Source: Stellaceae bacterium (GTDB lineage Bacteria; Pseudomonadota; Alphaproteobacteria; ATCC43930; CGMCC-115725). From it: a DNA stretch of 64,000 bases. Below the pieces are notes generated by a model, which saw nothing but the letters and a program-made list of their open reading frames with translations, ran no database searches and had not been told where the DNA came from. The translations under genes were made by a program, and so were the position numbers. Where the stretch lies: the NCBI GenBank assembly GCA_036404275.1, contig DASXAM010000132.1, forward strand, positions 3,175 to 67,174. Direction: 5' to 3'. Shown one piece after another: positions 38,864-46,965 of the stretch. Numbering within the stretch: position 1 is the first letter of the stretch; each line of letters starts with the position of its first letter.

Positions 38864-39612
38864 CGACCGCCATCCTTCCCGGCGAGCGCAAGGTCCTGCT
38901 GTTGACCGGCGCCAGCCGCGGCATCGGCCACGCCACGGTCAAGCGCTTCAGCGACGCCGGCTGGCGCATCGTCACCTGCTCGCGTGAGGCGGTGCCGCCC
39001 GAATGCAAGCGCGACCCGAACTGGACCCATCACATCACCGCCGATCTCGGCGACCCCGACGATCTCGATCGCTTTGTCGCCGAAGCCGAGGAATTTCTCG
39101 ATGGTCGGCTCGACGCCCTCGTCAACAATGCCGGGGTGTCGCCAAAGACGCCGACGCATGAACGCCTCGGCGTGCTCAACGGCGACCTCGACGATTGGCG
39201 CCGCGTGTTCCATCTCAATTTCTTCGTGCCGCTGATCCTGTCGCGCGCCTTTGCGGTCGCCTTGGCCCGGGCCAAGGGGGCGATCGTCAACGTCACCTCG
39301 ATCGCCGGGCGCCGCGTGCATCCGTTTGCCGGCTCGGCCTATTCAACCTCGAAGGCAGCGCTCTCGGCGCTGACCCGCGAGATGGCGGCCGAGTTCGCCG
39401 AGCAGGGCGTGCGCGTCAACGCTGTCGCGCCCGGCGAGATCGAAACCGCGATGCTGTCGCCCGAGACCGAGATTTTGCTGCCGCGCATCCCGCTGCACCG
39501 GCTCGGCGTGCCGTCCGACGTTGCCGGCACGATCTTCTTTCTGTGCAGTGACGACGCTGCCTATGTCACCGGCACCGAAATCTTCGTCAACGGCGGCCAG
39601 CACGTTTACTGA
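38860..39612 (+). CDS. SDR family oxidoreductase
   Basis: LLLTGASRGIGHA Rossmann motif, NNAG and YSTSK catalytic motifs. The ATG overlaps the CDF stop (ATGA). Confidence 0.85.
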   Translation: MTTAILPGERKVLLLTGASRGIGHATVKRFSDAGWRIVTCSREAVPPECKRDPNWTHHITADLGDPDDLDRFVAEAEEFLDGRLDALVNNAGVSPKTPTHERLGVLNGDLDDWRRVFHLNFFVPLILSRAFAVALARAKGAIVNVTSIAGRRVHPFAGSAYSTSKAALSALTREMAAEFAEQGVRVNAVAPGEIETAMLSPETEILLPRIPLHRLGVPSDVAGTIFFLCSDDAAYVTGTEIFVNGGQHVY

Positions 39613-39651
39613 GTGGTCGAAACAGTCGGCTAAAATCCGAAGTCAATTTGA

Positions 39652-39901
39652 TTAAGCGAATGCCTTAATAACTAAAGAAGCAACGCCAGCGATGACGATG
39701 CCAAGCATCCATTTTACCACTGCTAAGTCGGTCTCGATCTTGGCAAATCGTGTTTCATAGCCCGACAATTCTTCCGCTGCTTCGCGGGCTTTCGCTTCGG
39801 GGCGCGCCGGCGGCAACCAGAGCCTCATAGGTCTTCGACAGCATGACCGCCATTGCCCGCATCCCCTTTCGTCCGTCGCCGTTTAAGTTGGAGTTTGCCA
39901 T
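39652..39901 (-). pseudogene. Frameshifted small tail-anchored coiled-coil protein (DUF1640-like)
   Basis: The N-terminal frame (ATG 39901...LSKTYEALVAAGAP) and the C-terminal frame (EAKAREAAEELSGYETRFAKIETDLAVVKWMLGIVIAGVASLVIKAFA, stop 39652) join if one base of the GGGG run at 39799-39802 is removed. The region has lower GC than its surroundings. Confidence 0.45.
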
Positions 39902-39935
39902 CGTATCCGCAATGTGAAGCTTGTCACGCCGGCGG

Positions 39936-41141
39936 TCACGCGGCGCGGCGGAGGGTCAAGCGGTCCCAGATGTCGGCGAGTGCGGTGACGAGCGCCTCGA
40001 TATCGGCGTCGCTGTGCAGCGGGGTCGGGGTCAGGCGCAGCCTTTCGCGGCCTTTGGGCACGGTCGGATAGTTGATCGGCTGGACATAAATGTGGTGGCG
40101 GTTGAGCAGCTCGTCGCAGGCGGTCTTGCACATCCCCGCATCCCCGACCATGACCGGGACAATGTGGCTCTCGGACGGCATCACCGGCAGCCCGGCCGCG
40201 GCGAGACAGCGTTTGACGGTTGCCGCACGTTCCTGGTGGCGCTGGCGCTCGACCTGGCTCTGCTTCAGGTGGCGGATGCTGGCGATGGCGCCGGCGGCGA
40301 GCGTTGGCGGCAGCGAGCTCGTAAAGATAAAACCGGGCGCATGGCTGCGGACAAAATCGACGAGTGCCGCCGAGGCCGCGATATAGCCGCCCATGACGCC
40401 GAACGCTTTGGCCAAGGTGCCCTGGATCACGCTCGGCCGGTCGAGTACTCCGTCGCGTTCGGCAATGCCGCCGCCGCGCGCGCCGTAAAGCCCGACCGCA
40501 TGGACTTCGTCGAGATAGGTCATTGCCCCGAACCGGTCGGCGACGTCGCACAAGGCTTTGATCGGGGCGATGTCGCCATCCATCGAATAGACCGACTCGA
40601 AGCACACGAGCTTTGGCCGGACGGGTTCGATGCCGGCAAGCAGGCGGGCGAGGTCGTCGGGGTCGTTGTGGCGGAAGATGTGCTTTTCGGCGCGGCTGTT
40701 GCGAATGCCGGCGATCATCGAGGCGTGGTTCAGCGCGTCCGACAACACGACCGTGCCCGGCATCTCGCGCGCCAGGGTCGAAAGCACGGTCTCGTTGGCG
40801 ACATAGCCCGAGGTGAAGACGAGGGCGGCCTCGCGCTGGTGCAAATCGGCGAGCTCGCGCTCAAGCTCGAGGTGCAGGTGGCTGTTGCCGGAAATGTTGC
40901 GCGTGCCGCCGGCGCCCGCTCCGGTCGCATGCAGCGCCTCTTCCATCGCCTGCAGCACCGCCGGACATTCGCCCATGCCGAGATAATCGTTCGAGCACCA
41001 CACCGTGACTTCGGCGCCGATGCGGTGGTCATAAGCGCGCGGAAAGCGGCCGCAGCGCCGTTCGAGATCGGCGAAGACGCGGTAGCGCCCTTCGCTGCGC
41101 AACGCATCGAGGCGCTCCTTGAAGAAGCCGTCGTAATCCAT
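39936..41141 (-). CDS. hemA: 5-aminolevulinate synthase
   Basis: [35 protein letters not shown]...WCSNDYLGM...GTRNISG... ALAS pattern. Confidence 0.95.
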   Translation of the reverse strand: MDYDGFFKERLDALRSEGRYRVFADLERRCGRFPRAYDHRIGAEVTVWCSNDYLGMGECPAVLQAMEEALHATGAGAGGTRNISGNSHLHLELERELADLHQREAALVFTSGYVANETVLSTLAREMPGTVVLSDALNHASMIAGIRNSRAEKHIFRHNDPDDLARLLAGIEPVRPKLVCFESVYSMDGDIAPIKALCDVADRFGAMTYLDEVHAVGLYGARGGGIAERDGVLDRPSVIQGTLAKAFGVMGGYIAASAALVDFVRSHAPGFIFTSSLPPTLAAGAIASIRHLKQSQVERQRHQERAATVKRCLAAAGLPVMPSESHIVPVMVGDAGMCKTACDELLNRHHIYVQPINYPTVPKGRERLRLTPTPLHSDADIEALVTALADIWDRLTLRRAA

Positions 41142-41220
41142 CTTCCTCCCGTCCCCGCAATCGCCGCGCACCATAGCACAATCGTTTGCCCCCATAGCGG
41201 ACGCCGTGTCGCAGCGCCCG

Positions 41221-42663
41221 TCACTCGGCCTGCGGCCCGAAGGTCAGGCTCAGCAGGTATTGGATGAGGTCACTTTTCTCGCCCTTGGTCAGGCCGAGCT
41301 TCATGCATGTGTCGTAATGGTCGACGACGGCGGCCAAAGTCTTGAACCGGCTGTCATGGTAAAAGCCGCCTTTCACATGGGTGAAGAGCTCGCCGATCGG
41401 CGCGGTGCGGTAGCGGTGGTCCGGGGCGCGGTCGGCTTGAAAGCTGTCGATGCAGATCTCGGCGGGGGTGTGCAGGTTCCAGCCCGGATCGGTCCACAGC
41501 GGCTCGACATGGCAGCTGTTGCATTTGGCCTTGCCGCTGAAGAGCTTGTCGCCGCGGGCGGCGGCCGCCGCGTTGAAGCTGCCCTTGGGCGGCGCCGGCG
41601 CCGGGATCGCCAGCTGGTAGAACTGGAGGGCGGCAAGTTTCTTGGTGACCAAATCCTTGTCGGGCGGGATGTGCGGCAGGTCGCCAAAGCCGTTTTTGGC
41701 GGCGATCGGGAATTGCGTCGCATCGTCGAGCCGCGGATCCCAAAACCGGCCGACCCCGTGCATTTCGAGGGTGGCGACAAACGCGTTCCAATACGGCACC
41801 GAACCCCAGCCGGTCCAGGTGTGCAGATTGACGCCGCCCAATCCAAAAGCCGGCGGGATCAGGCTGGCGCCCGACACGTTGCGGCCGGTCACGACATGGT
41901 CGGTGACCTGCTTCGGGTTGAACGCCTTGCCGTCGAGAAACAATTCGGCGTCGAACTTCCCCGGTCCCCAGCTCGCCAACACCTTCTTCACCGTCGCCTG
42001 GCTGACGCCAAGCAGGCTGGCGACCGGGCCGAGATCGGCGGCGAGCGACACGATCGCGCCGACATTGAGGTCGCGGTTCGGCCAGCCGTCGAGACGGTGG
42101 CCGATGCAGCCGGTGCCGGGGTTGGGCTTGACCACACCGGCGCAAAGCGCCGGCTGCGAAGCATCGACCGTCGAATGGCAGGCGGCGCATTGCAATCCGA
42201 CCGATGTCAGCTTTCCGGCGGAGTTGAAAAACCCTTTGACGCCGACGACCGCATTCAATTTGAGAAGGGCGAGCGTCACCGCCGGGTCGTCGAGATCGAG
42301 CTTGCCGCTCGACAATTGCGCGACAAGCGCCGCCGGCAATGCATCCACATCGACCTTGAGACCCGCTGCAAGCGCCGCCTTGGGGCTCAAGCCCGGTCCG
42401 ACGCCGCCATGCGCCGCGCCTTCGATCGCCTTGTGCAATTGCAGCGCTCCACCCCAGAACGCCTGATCGCCAAAGGTATCGAAGCGAAAAATCTGTCGTC
42501 CCTGTCGGATCAGGTCTTCGGCGTTTTCGACAACGGGATCGGACCGCCCCGCGGTGGCTGCAACCGCGGTTTCAGCGTTTTGGCTATAAGCCCGATACCC
42601 GCCGCACCCGACCGCCAGTGCCGCGACCAGCACGCCGACCCGTAATACTCCGCGGCCTCCCAT
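41221..42663 (-). CDS. Secreted di-haem c-type cytochrome of unknown function
   Basis: ATG 42663 follows GGGGAGGAG. Signal peptide present. Two CxxCH motifs (CAACH and CNSCH) about 240 aa apart. Confidence 0.7.
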   Translation of the reverse strand: MGGRGVLRVGVLVAALAVGCGGYRAYSQNAETAVAATAGRSDPVVENAEDLIRQGRQIFRFDTFGDQAFWGGALQLHKAIEGAAHGGVGPGLSPKAALAAGLKVDVDALPAALVAQLSSGKLDLDDPAVTLALLKLNAVVGVKGFFNSAGKLTSVGLQCAACHSTVDASQPALCAGVVKPNPGTGCIGHRLDGWPNRDLNVGAIVSLAADLGPVASLLGVSQATVKKVLASWGPGKFDAELFLDGKAFNPKQVTDHVVTGRNVSGASLIPPAFGLGGVNLHTWTGWGSVPYWNAFVATLEMHGVGRFWDPRLDDATQFPIAAKNGFGDLPHIPPDKDLVTKKLAALQFYQLAIPAPAPPKGSFNAAAAARGDKLFSGKAKCNSCHVEPLWTDPGWNLHTPAEICIDSFQADRAPDHRYRTAPIGELFTHVKGGFYHDSRFKTLAAVVDHYDTCMKLGLTKGEKSDLIQYLLSLTFGPQAE

Positions 42664-42807
42664 GGGCTCCTCCCCGACAGCGTTTTGCGCATGGCTGCGC
42701 TTGGGAGGCAGATGCGGCAGCAGGCACGATGTTCCCGCTTTCACGAAAAGTTTACCGTCGCCACCAGCGGGTCGGACGATCCTGCGACGATCGAAATAGA
42801 GGACGGC

Positions 42808-43560
42808 ATGCAAGGACGAGGGGCAACCGTCGCGACGATGGTCGTTTTATCAGTGATGATTCTTGCCCCTCCGGCGGGCGCCCGAAACCTGGTGCAGCAA
42901 GGACGGATCGCGGTCAGCCGATGTCAGACGATCAATCAGCCGGGCTCGTATCGTTTGGCCAACAATCTCCGGGCCACCGGCAATTGCTTCGTCATTTCAG
43001 CCGAAGGGGTCACGATCGATCTCGGCGGTTTTTCGATAACCGGCAACGGGACGGGGACTGCGATCATCGGCAAACCGACAAAAGCCGGAACCATCCCGCC
43101 GGCACGGACCGTTGTGCGCAACGGCGACATCTCGAATTTCGCGCTGGCGACCAATGTGAGCGGCACGGTCGAGAGCCTGCGCGTCACCGACAACGCCAAG
43201 GGAATATTGGTCGGCGTCGGCATCGTGCGAAACAATATTGTCCAGTCCAACAATGCTGCCGGGATACAAATCGCCGATGGCATCGTGACCGGCAATTTGC
43301 TGGTCGCCAACGGCACCGGCATTGTCGTCGAAGAGGCAGGGGTCATCACCGGCAATCAGGCAGCCGGCAACAAGGCCGGCATCGATGTCAGAGGCACTGG
43401 CAGCACACTGATCGGCAACGTCGCCGACGGCAACGGCGAGATCGGCATCCGCGTCGCCTGCCCGTCGAACCTCACCAACAACACGGCAATCGGCAACCCC
43501 CGCAACCTCGTGCTGATCGGCAAAACCTGCCGCAACGACGGCAATGTATTCGGTCCTTGA
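42808..43560 (+). CDS. Secreted right-handed parallel beta-helix repeat protein
   Basis: Signal peptide MQGRGATVATMVVLSVMILAPPAGA. Repeats of about 22 aa (..NNIVQSNNAAGIQI.., ..GNLLVANGTGIVV.., ..GNVADGNGEIGIRV..). Confidence 0.7.
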   Translation: MQGRGATVATMVVLSVMILAPPAGARNLVQQGRIAVSRCQTINQPGSYRLANNLRATGNCFVISAEGVTIDLGGFSITGNGTGTAIIGKPTKAGTIPPARTVVRNGDISNFALATNVSGTVESLRVTDNAKGILVGVGIVRNNIVQSNNAAGIQIADGIVTGNLLVANGTGIVVEEAGVITGNQAAGNKAGIDVRGTGSTLIGNVADGNGEIGIRVACPSNLTNNTAIGNPRNLVLIGKTCRNDGNVFGP

Positions 43561-43595
43561 GTATTCGACGGGAGGGAGATGCCCGACGAAAGCAA

Positions 43596-43895
43596 CTATT
43601 TCTTCGGCGTGCAGACAAAGGTGGCGCGGGCCGGCAGCAGGAGCGGGCAGTTGAGGAGGAGCCAGTCGGTGTCGATGCGGGCAGCGAGCGTGTGCGCCGG
43701 GCATTCTTCCTGCGCGGTCTGCTGCACGCTGACATTGCTGCTAACGAGGGTGTCGTAGCAGACGGCGACGCGCGGCCCGGCATCCTTGACGCCTGCCTCA
43801 GGCTGGCGCGGATAGGTCGCGTAGGGATCGAGCGCCGAGCAGCCGGCGAGCGCCGCCACGGCGAGCAGGACGCCGAGGAGCCTCAAGCCGCTCAT
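43596..43895 (-). CDS. Small lipoprotein (99 aa)
   Basis: MSGLRLLGVLLAVAALAGC lipobox and four further Cys. The ATG overlaps the amidase stop (ATGA). Confidence 0.6.
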   Translation of the reverse strand: MSGLRLLGVLLAVAALAGCSALDPYATYPRQPEAGVKDAGPRVAVCYDTLVSSNVSVQQTAQEECPAHTLAARIDTDWLLLNCPLLLPARATFVCTPKK

Positions 43896-45181
43896 GCGGT
43901 GTCAGTGAGGAAGCGTTCGAGAAAGAGGGCGCAGGCCAAGAGCCGCGCGTCGTCGCCGACCCGGCCGACAAGCTGCGCCCCGGCCGGCAACCCGCTGTCG
44001 CCCCAATATGCCGGCACCGTCGCGCAAGGGGTGCCGAGCAAGGTCCACATCCGGTTGAAAACGGGGTTGCCGGTGTAGCCGAGCCCGGCCGGCGCCTCGC
44101 CCGGTGCGGCCGGTGTCAGGACCGCATCGCACCCGCCGAAAAAGGTCCCGAGCCCGGCGCGCGCGGTTTCGGCCGCGGCGCGGGCGGCGTCGTATTCGTC
44201 GGCGCCCACCGCCATGCCGGCATCGAGCATCTGGGCGAGCCGCGGCGACAATTGCGCGCTGTGGCGGATGCGCTCATGCGCCAAGGCCCGCGCCATCTCG
44301 AACCCCATGATCTTGTCCTGCGCCTCGCTCAAGGGCTCGTGCTCCGGGGCGATCGCCAATTCCTCGACCATGGCGCCGGCCCGCTCGAGTGCCGCCCGGG
44401 CGCGATCGAGCGCCGCCGCGGCAACCGGCTCGGCCTCGGCCCAGACCGGCGTGCGGTAAAGCCCGATCTGCGGCGGCCGTTCCGGCGGCATCAAATGGCG
44501 CAAGGCCGGCCGCTCGGTCAGCACGCCGGCAAAAAAGGCGGCGTCGGCGACATTGCGCGCCATGACGCCGACGGTGTCGAGGCTGTCGGCGAGCGGCTTG
44601 ACGCCGGCGCGGGCGATCATGCCGAGGCTCGGCTTGTAGCCGACGACGCCGCAAAACGAGGCCGGGCGGATCACCGAGCCGGCGGTTTGGGTGCCAAAGG
44701 CGAGCGGCGCCATGCCGTCGGCGACCGCCGCTGCCGAGCCGCTCGATGAGCCGCCCGGCGTGTGCGCCGGATTGTGCGGGTTCGCAGTCTTGCCAGGCGT
44801 GAAAGCCGCAAACTCGGTGGTGACGGTCTTGCCGAGGACAACGGCACCCGCGGCGCGGGCGAGCGCCACGCAGGAAGCATCGGCGGCCGGCCGATGGCGC
44901 TCGTAGATCGGCGAGCCGTAGCCGGTCGGCATGTCATGGGTGTCGATCAAATCCTTGACCGCGATTGGCACGCCGTGCAGCGGTCCGCGCGGCGGCTCGG
45001 CGTCGCGCGCCCGCGCCTCGGCAAGGGCCTGCTCGCGATCGAGGTAATGCCACGCCCCAACCACGCTTTCGCGCGCCTCGATCCGGTCGAGATAGGCGCG
45101 GACCAGCGCCTCCGCGCCGAGCCTTCCCTCGGCGATCTCGCGGGCGGCGTCCCGGGCGGTCAGCGAGCGCGGATCGGTCAC
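43892..45181 (-). CDS. Amidase (amidase-signature family)
   Basis: GTG 45181 is preceded by AGGAGGAA. GGSSSGSAAAV signature and GVPIAVKDL. Confidence 0.9.
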   Translation of the reverse strand: MTDPRSLTARDAAREIAEGRLGAEALVRAYLDRIEARESVVGAWHYLDREQALAEARARDAEPPRGPLHGVPIAVKDLIDTHDMPTGYGSPIYERHRPAADASCVALARAAGAVVLGKTVTTEFAAFTPGKTANPHNPAHTPGGSSSGSAAAVADGMAPLAFGTQTAGSVIRPASFCGVVGYKPSLGMIARAGVKPLADSLDTVGVMARNVADAAFFAGVLTERPALRHLMPPERPPQIGLYRTPVWAEAEPVAAAALDRARAALERAGAMVEELAIAPEHEPLSEAQDKIMGFEMARALAHERIRHSAQLSPRLAQMLDAGMAVGADEYDAARAAAETARAGLGTFFGGCDAVLTPAAPGEAPAGLGYTGNPVFNRMWTLLGTPCATVPAYWGDSGLPAGAQLVGRVGDDARLLACALFLERFLTDTA

Positions 45182-45194
45182 GGCAATCTTCCTC

Positions 45195-45593
45195 CTATCG
45201 AAACGGATCGACGACGTGCAGTCGATCGGCAAGCACCATCCCATCCTGGATGTCTTCAGACCACAGCGTGTCGCATTCGGCATCGAGGGCCGCGGCGGCG
45301 ATCATCGCGTCGTACACCGACAGACGGTAGCGTTCGGCGAGATCAAGACCGTGCTCGTGCACCTCCACGCTCAGCGGTCGAACCGACAACAGGCGGCGAA
45401 GGATAGACAAAAATGCCCGAGCCTCGCTCCACGGCAGAGCCATCTTGCGGCGCGCGACATTGCTGAATTCGTTGAGCACTTGGACACTGATGACGCCACC
45501 TTCCGCAATCAGCTCTTCCACCCGCGCGGCCTTCGCCGGATCGCCCGAGGCTATGTAAAGGAGAACATTGGTGTCGAAAAACCTAGCGGGCAT
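45195..45593 (-). CDS. vapC: PIN-domain toxin VapC
   Basis: MPARFFDTNVLLY...E...D(A)MI...SED acidic PIN residues. 132 aa. Confidence 0.9.
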   Translation of the reverse strand: MPARFFDTNVLLYIASGDPAKAARVEELIAEGGVISVQVLNEFSNVARRKMALPWSEARAFLSILRRLLSVRPLSVEVHEHGLDLAERYRLSVYDAMIAAAALDAECDTLWSEDIQDGMVLADRLHVVDPFR

Positions 45594-45813
45594 TTGCTTC
45601 TTCGCGGTCGAATTTGAAATCCACCGGGAGACGTCCACGAAAGCGGTGAAGTCGCCGCAACAACTCGTCTCGTCCGGGCTTGCGGGATATTGCAAATTCG
45701 CGGGCATCGTCGACACGGATTTCGATCTCGTCGCCGGCTTTCAGCTCCAACACCTCGACCACCGCAGCCGGCAAACGGATTGCCAGGCTGTTGCCCCATT
45801 TTGCGACTTGCAT
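45583..45813 (-). CDS. vapB: AbrB/MazE/SpoVT-type antitoxin VapB
   Basis: GGAGGAAGC RBS. MQVAKWGNSLAIRLPAAVVEVLELKAGDEIEI swapped-hairpin motif. It overlaps vapC by 11 nt. Confidence 0.85.
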   Translation of the reverse strand: MQVAKWGNSLAIRLPAAVVEVLELKAGDEIEIRVDDAREFAISRKPGRDELLRRLHRFRGRLPVDFKFDREEANAR

Positions 45814-45822
45814 GCTTCCTCC

Positions 45823-45854
45823 GCGGATATACGCTGGTCGCAATATATATCCGC
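45823..45854. promoter_or_regulatory. Perfect 9-bp inverted repeat GCGGATATA-N14-TATATCCGC (putative VapB operator/promoter)
   Basis: It lies immediately upstream of the vapB RBS. The AT-rich arms could double as a -10 element. Confidence 0.5.
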
Positions 45855-46081
45855 TCGAGCTCGTTGCACCAAACGATAGCGGCTTTCAAAGCGCGGTATC
45901 GACCAGCAGAAGGGAGCTGCGCCCAGCGCGTGCCGGGCGCGATGCCAATCCGGAGGTTCCGATCCGCGGCACCTCGCCGACTGTCGCCCGAGTGCGGCCG
46001 GCTGGCAAGCCGAGATCGCCGGCGCTGATGATGGAGCCGGTTGCCTATAACCTTGAGCCGCATCACCAATCGGAGACCAGC

Positions 46082-46279
46082 ATGACAGATCCCGACGATC
46101 GCCAAGGCGAGGAGCGGCCGCGCAAGGCGGCGCTGATCGGCCTCCTCGTGGTGGCGGTGCTGGTCGTCGCCGGCATTTGGCTCTTTCATGCGCTGCGCGA
46201 GGAGGGACGGCTCGAGGATTGCCTGATGTCGGGGCGAAGCAATTGCGCGCCGATCGAGCTGCCGGCCAAGAGCGGATAG
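46082..46279 (+). CDS. Small single-TM protein (65 aa)
   Basis: MTDPDDRQGEERPRKAALIGLLVVAVLVVAGIWLF... with two Cys in the tail. It ends 12 nt before the DUF1989 gene. Confidence 0.35.
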   Translation: MTDPDDRQGEERPRKAALIGLLVVAVLVVAGIWLFHALREEGRLEDCLMSGRSNCAPIELPAKSG

Positions 46280-46290
46280 GGGAGGTGGCG

Positions 46291-46881
46291 ATGATCGAAA
46301 TTCCGGCGCGGCGCGGCAAGGCGGCGCGTATAGGATATGGCCAGATTGTCAGGGTCATCAATACGACCGGCCAGCAGGTGGTCGATACCTGGGCCTTCAA
46401 CACCGCCGATCTGGGCGAATTCATGTCGATGGCGCACAGCCGCGTCGCGATCGGCCATATCATTCCAGCGGTCGGCGATACCCTCGTCACCAACCGGCGC
46501 CGGCCAATCCTGACCCTTATCGAGGACAATTCGGGCGGCATCCACGACACTTTGTTCGCCGCTTGCGATCGCTGGCGCTACGAGCTCCTCGGCTGTACCG
46601 AGCCGCACGACAATTGCACCGACAACCTTGCCGCGGCACTCGCCGAGCTCGGGCTCGCCTCGGCGCAGACGCCGGCACCATTGAACCTCTTCATGAATAT
46701 TCCGATCCTCGACGGCAATCGGGTCGAGGTGCGCCCGCCGGTCAGCACCCCGGGCAGCCATGTCGCGTTGCGCGCCGAAATGGATTGCGTCGTCGTATTT
46801 TCCGCCTGCCCGCAGGACATGGTCCCGGTCAACGGGCCGGCGATGCGGCCGACGCACGCGCATTTTGCAATTTTTGGCTGA
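46291..46881 (+). CDS. DUF1989 (urea-carboxylase-associated) family protein
   Basis: GGAGGTGGCG RBS. MIEIPARRGKAARIGYGQIVRVINTTGQQVVDTWAF... Confidence 0.8.
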   Translation: MIEIPARRGKAARIGYGQIVRVINTTGQQVVDTWAFNTADLGEFMSMAHSRVAIGHIIPAVGDTLVTNRRRPILTLIEDNSGGIHDTLFAACDRWRYELLGCTEPHDNCTDNLAAALAELGLASAQTPAPLNLFMNIPILDGNRVEVRPPVSTPGSHVALRAEMDCVVVFSACPQDMVPVNGPAMRPTHAHFAIFG

Positions 46882-46965
46882 GCGGCGCAAAAGCTAAATG
46901 CGCAATGCGACCGAAACCGTCTGCATTCCGTTAGCCGGGAGGATGCGTATTTCGAGAGCCGGGTC

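Noticed and set aside
39921-42645. 448-aa and 479-aa plus-strand ORFs (39921..41267 and 41206..42645)
   Set aside because: They are antisense to hemA and to the di-haem cytochrome gene respectively, and have no motifs.
42715-42735. Sigma-54-like AGGCACGATGTTCCC in the cytochrome/beta-helix divergent region
   Set aside because: The -12 element (TTGC) is absent and only the GGCAC half matches.
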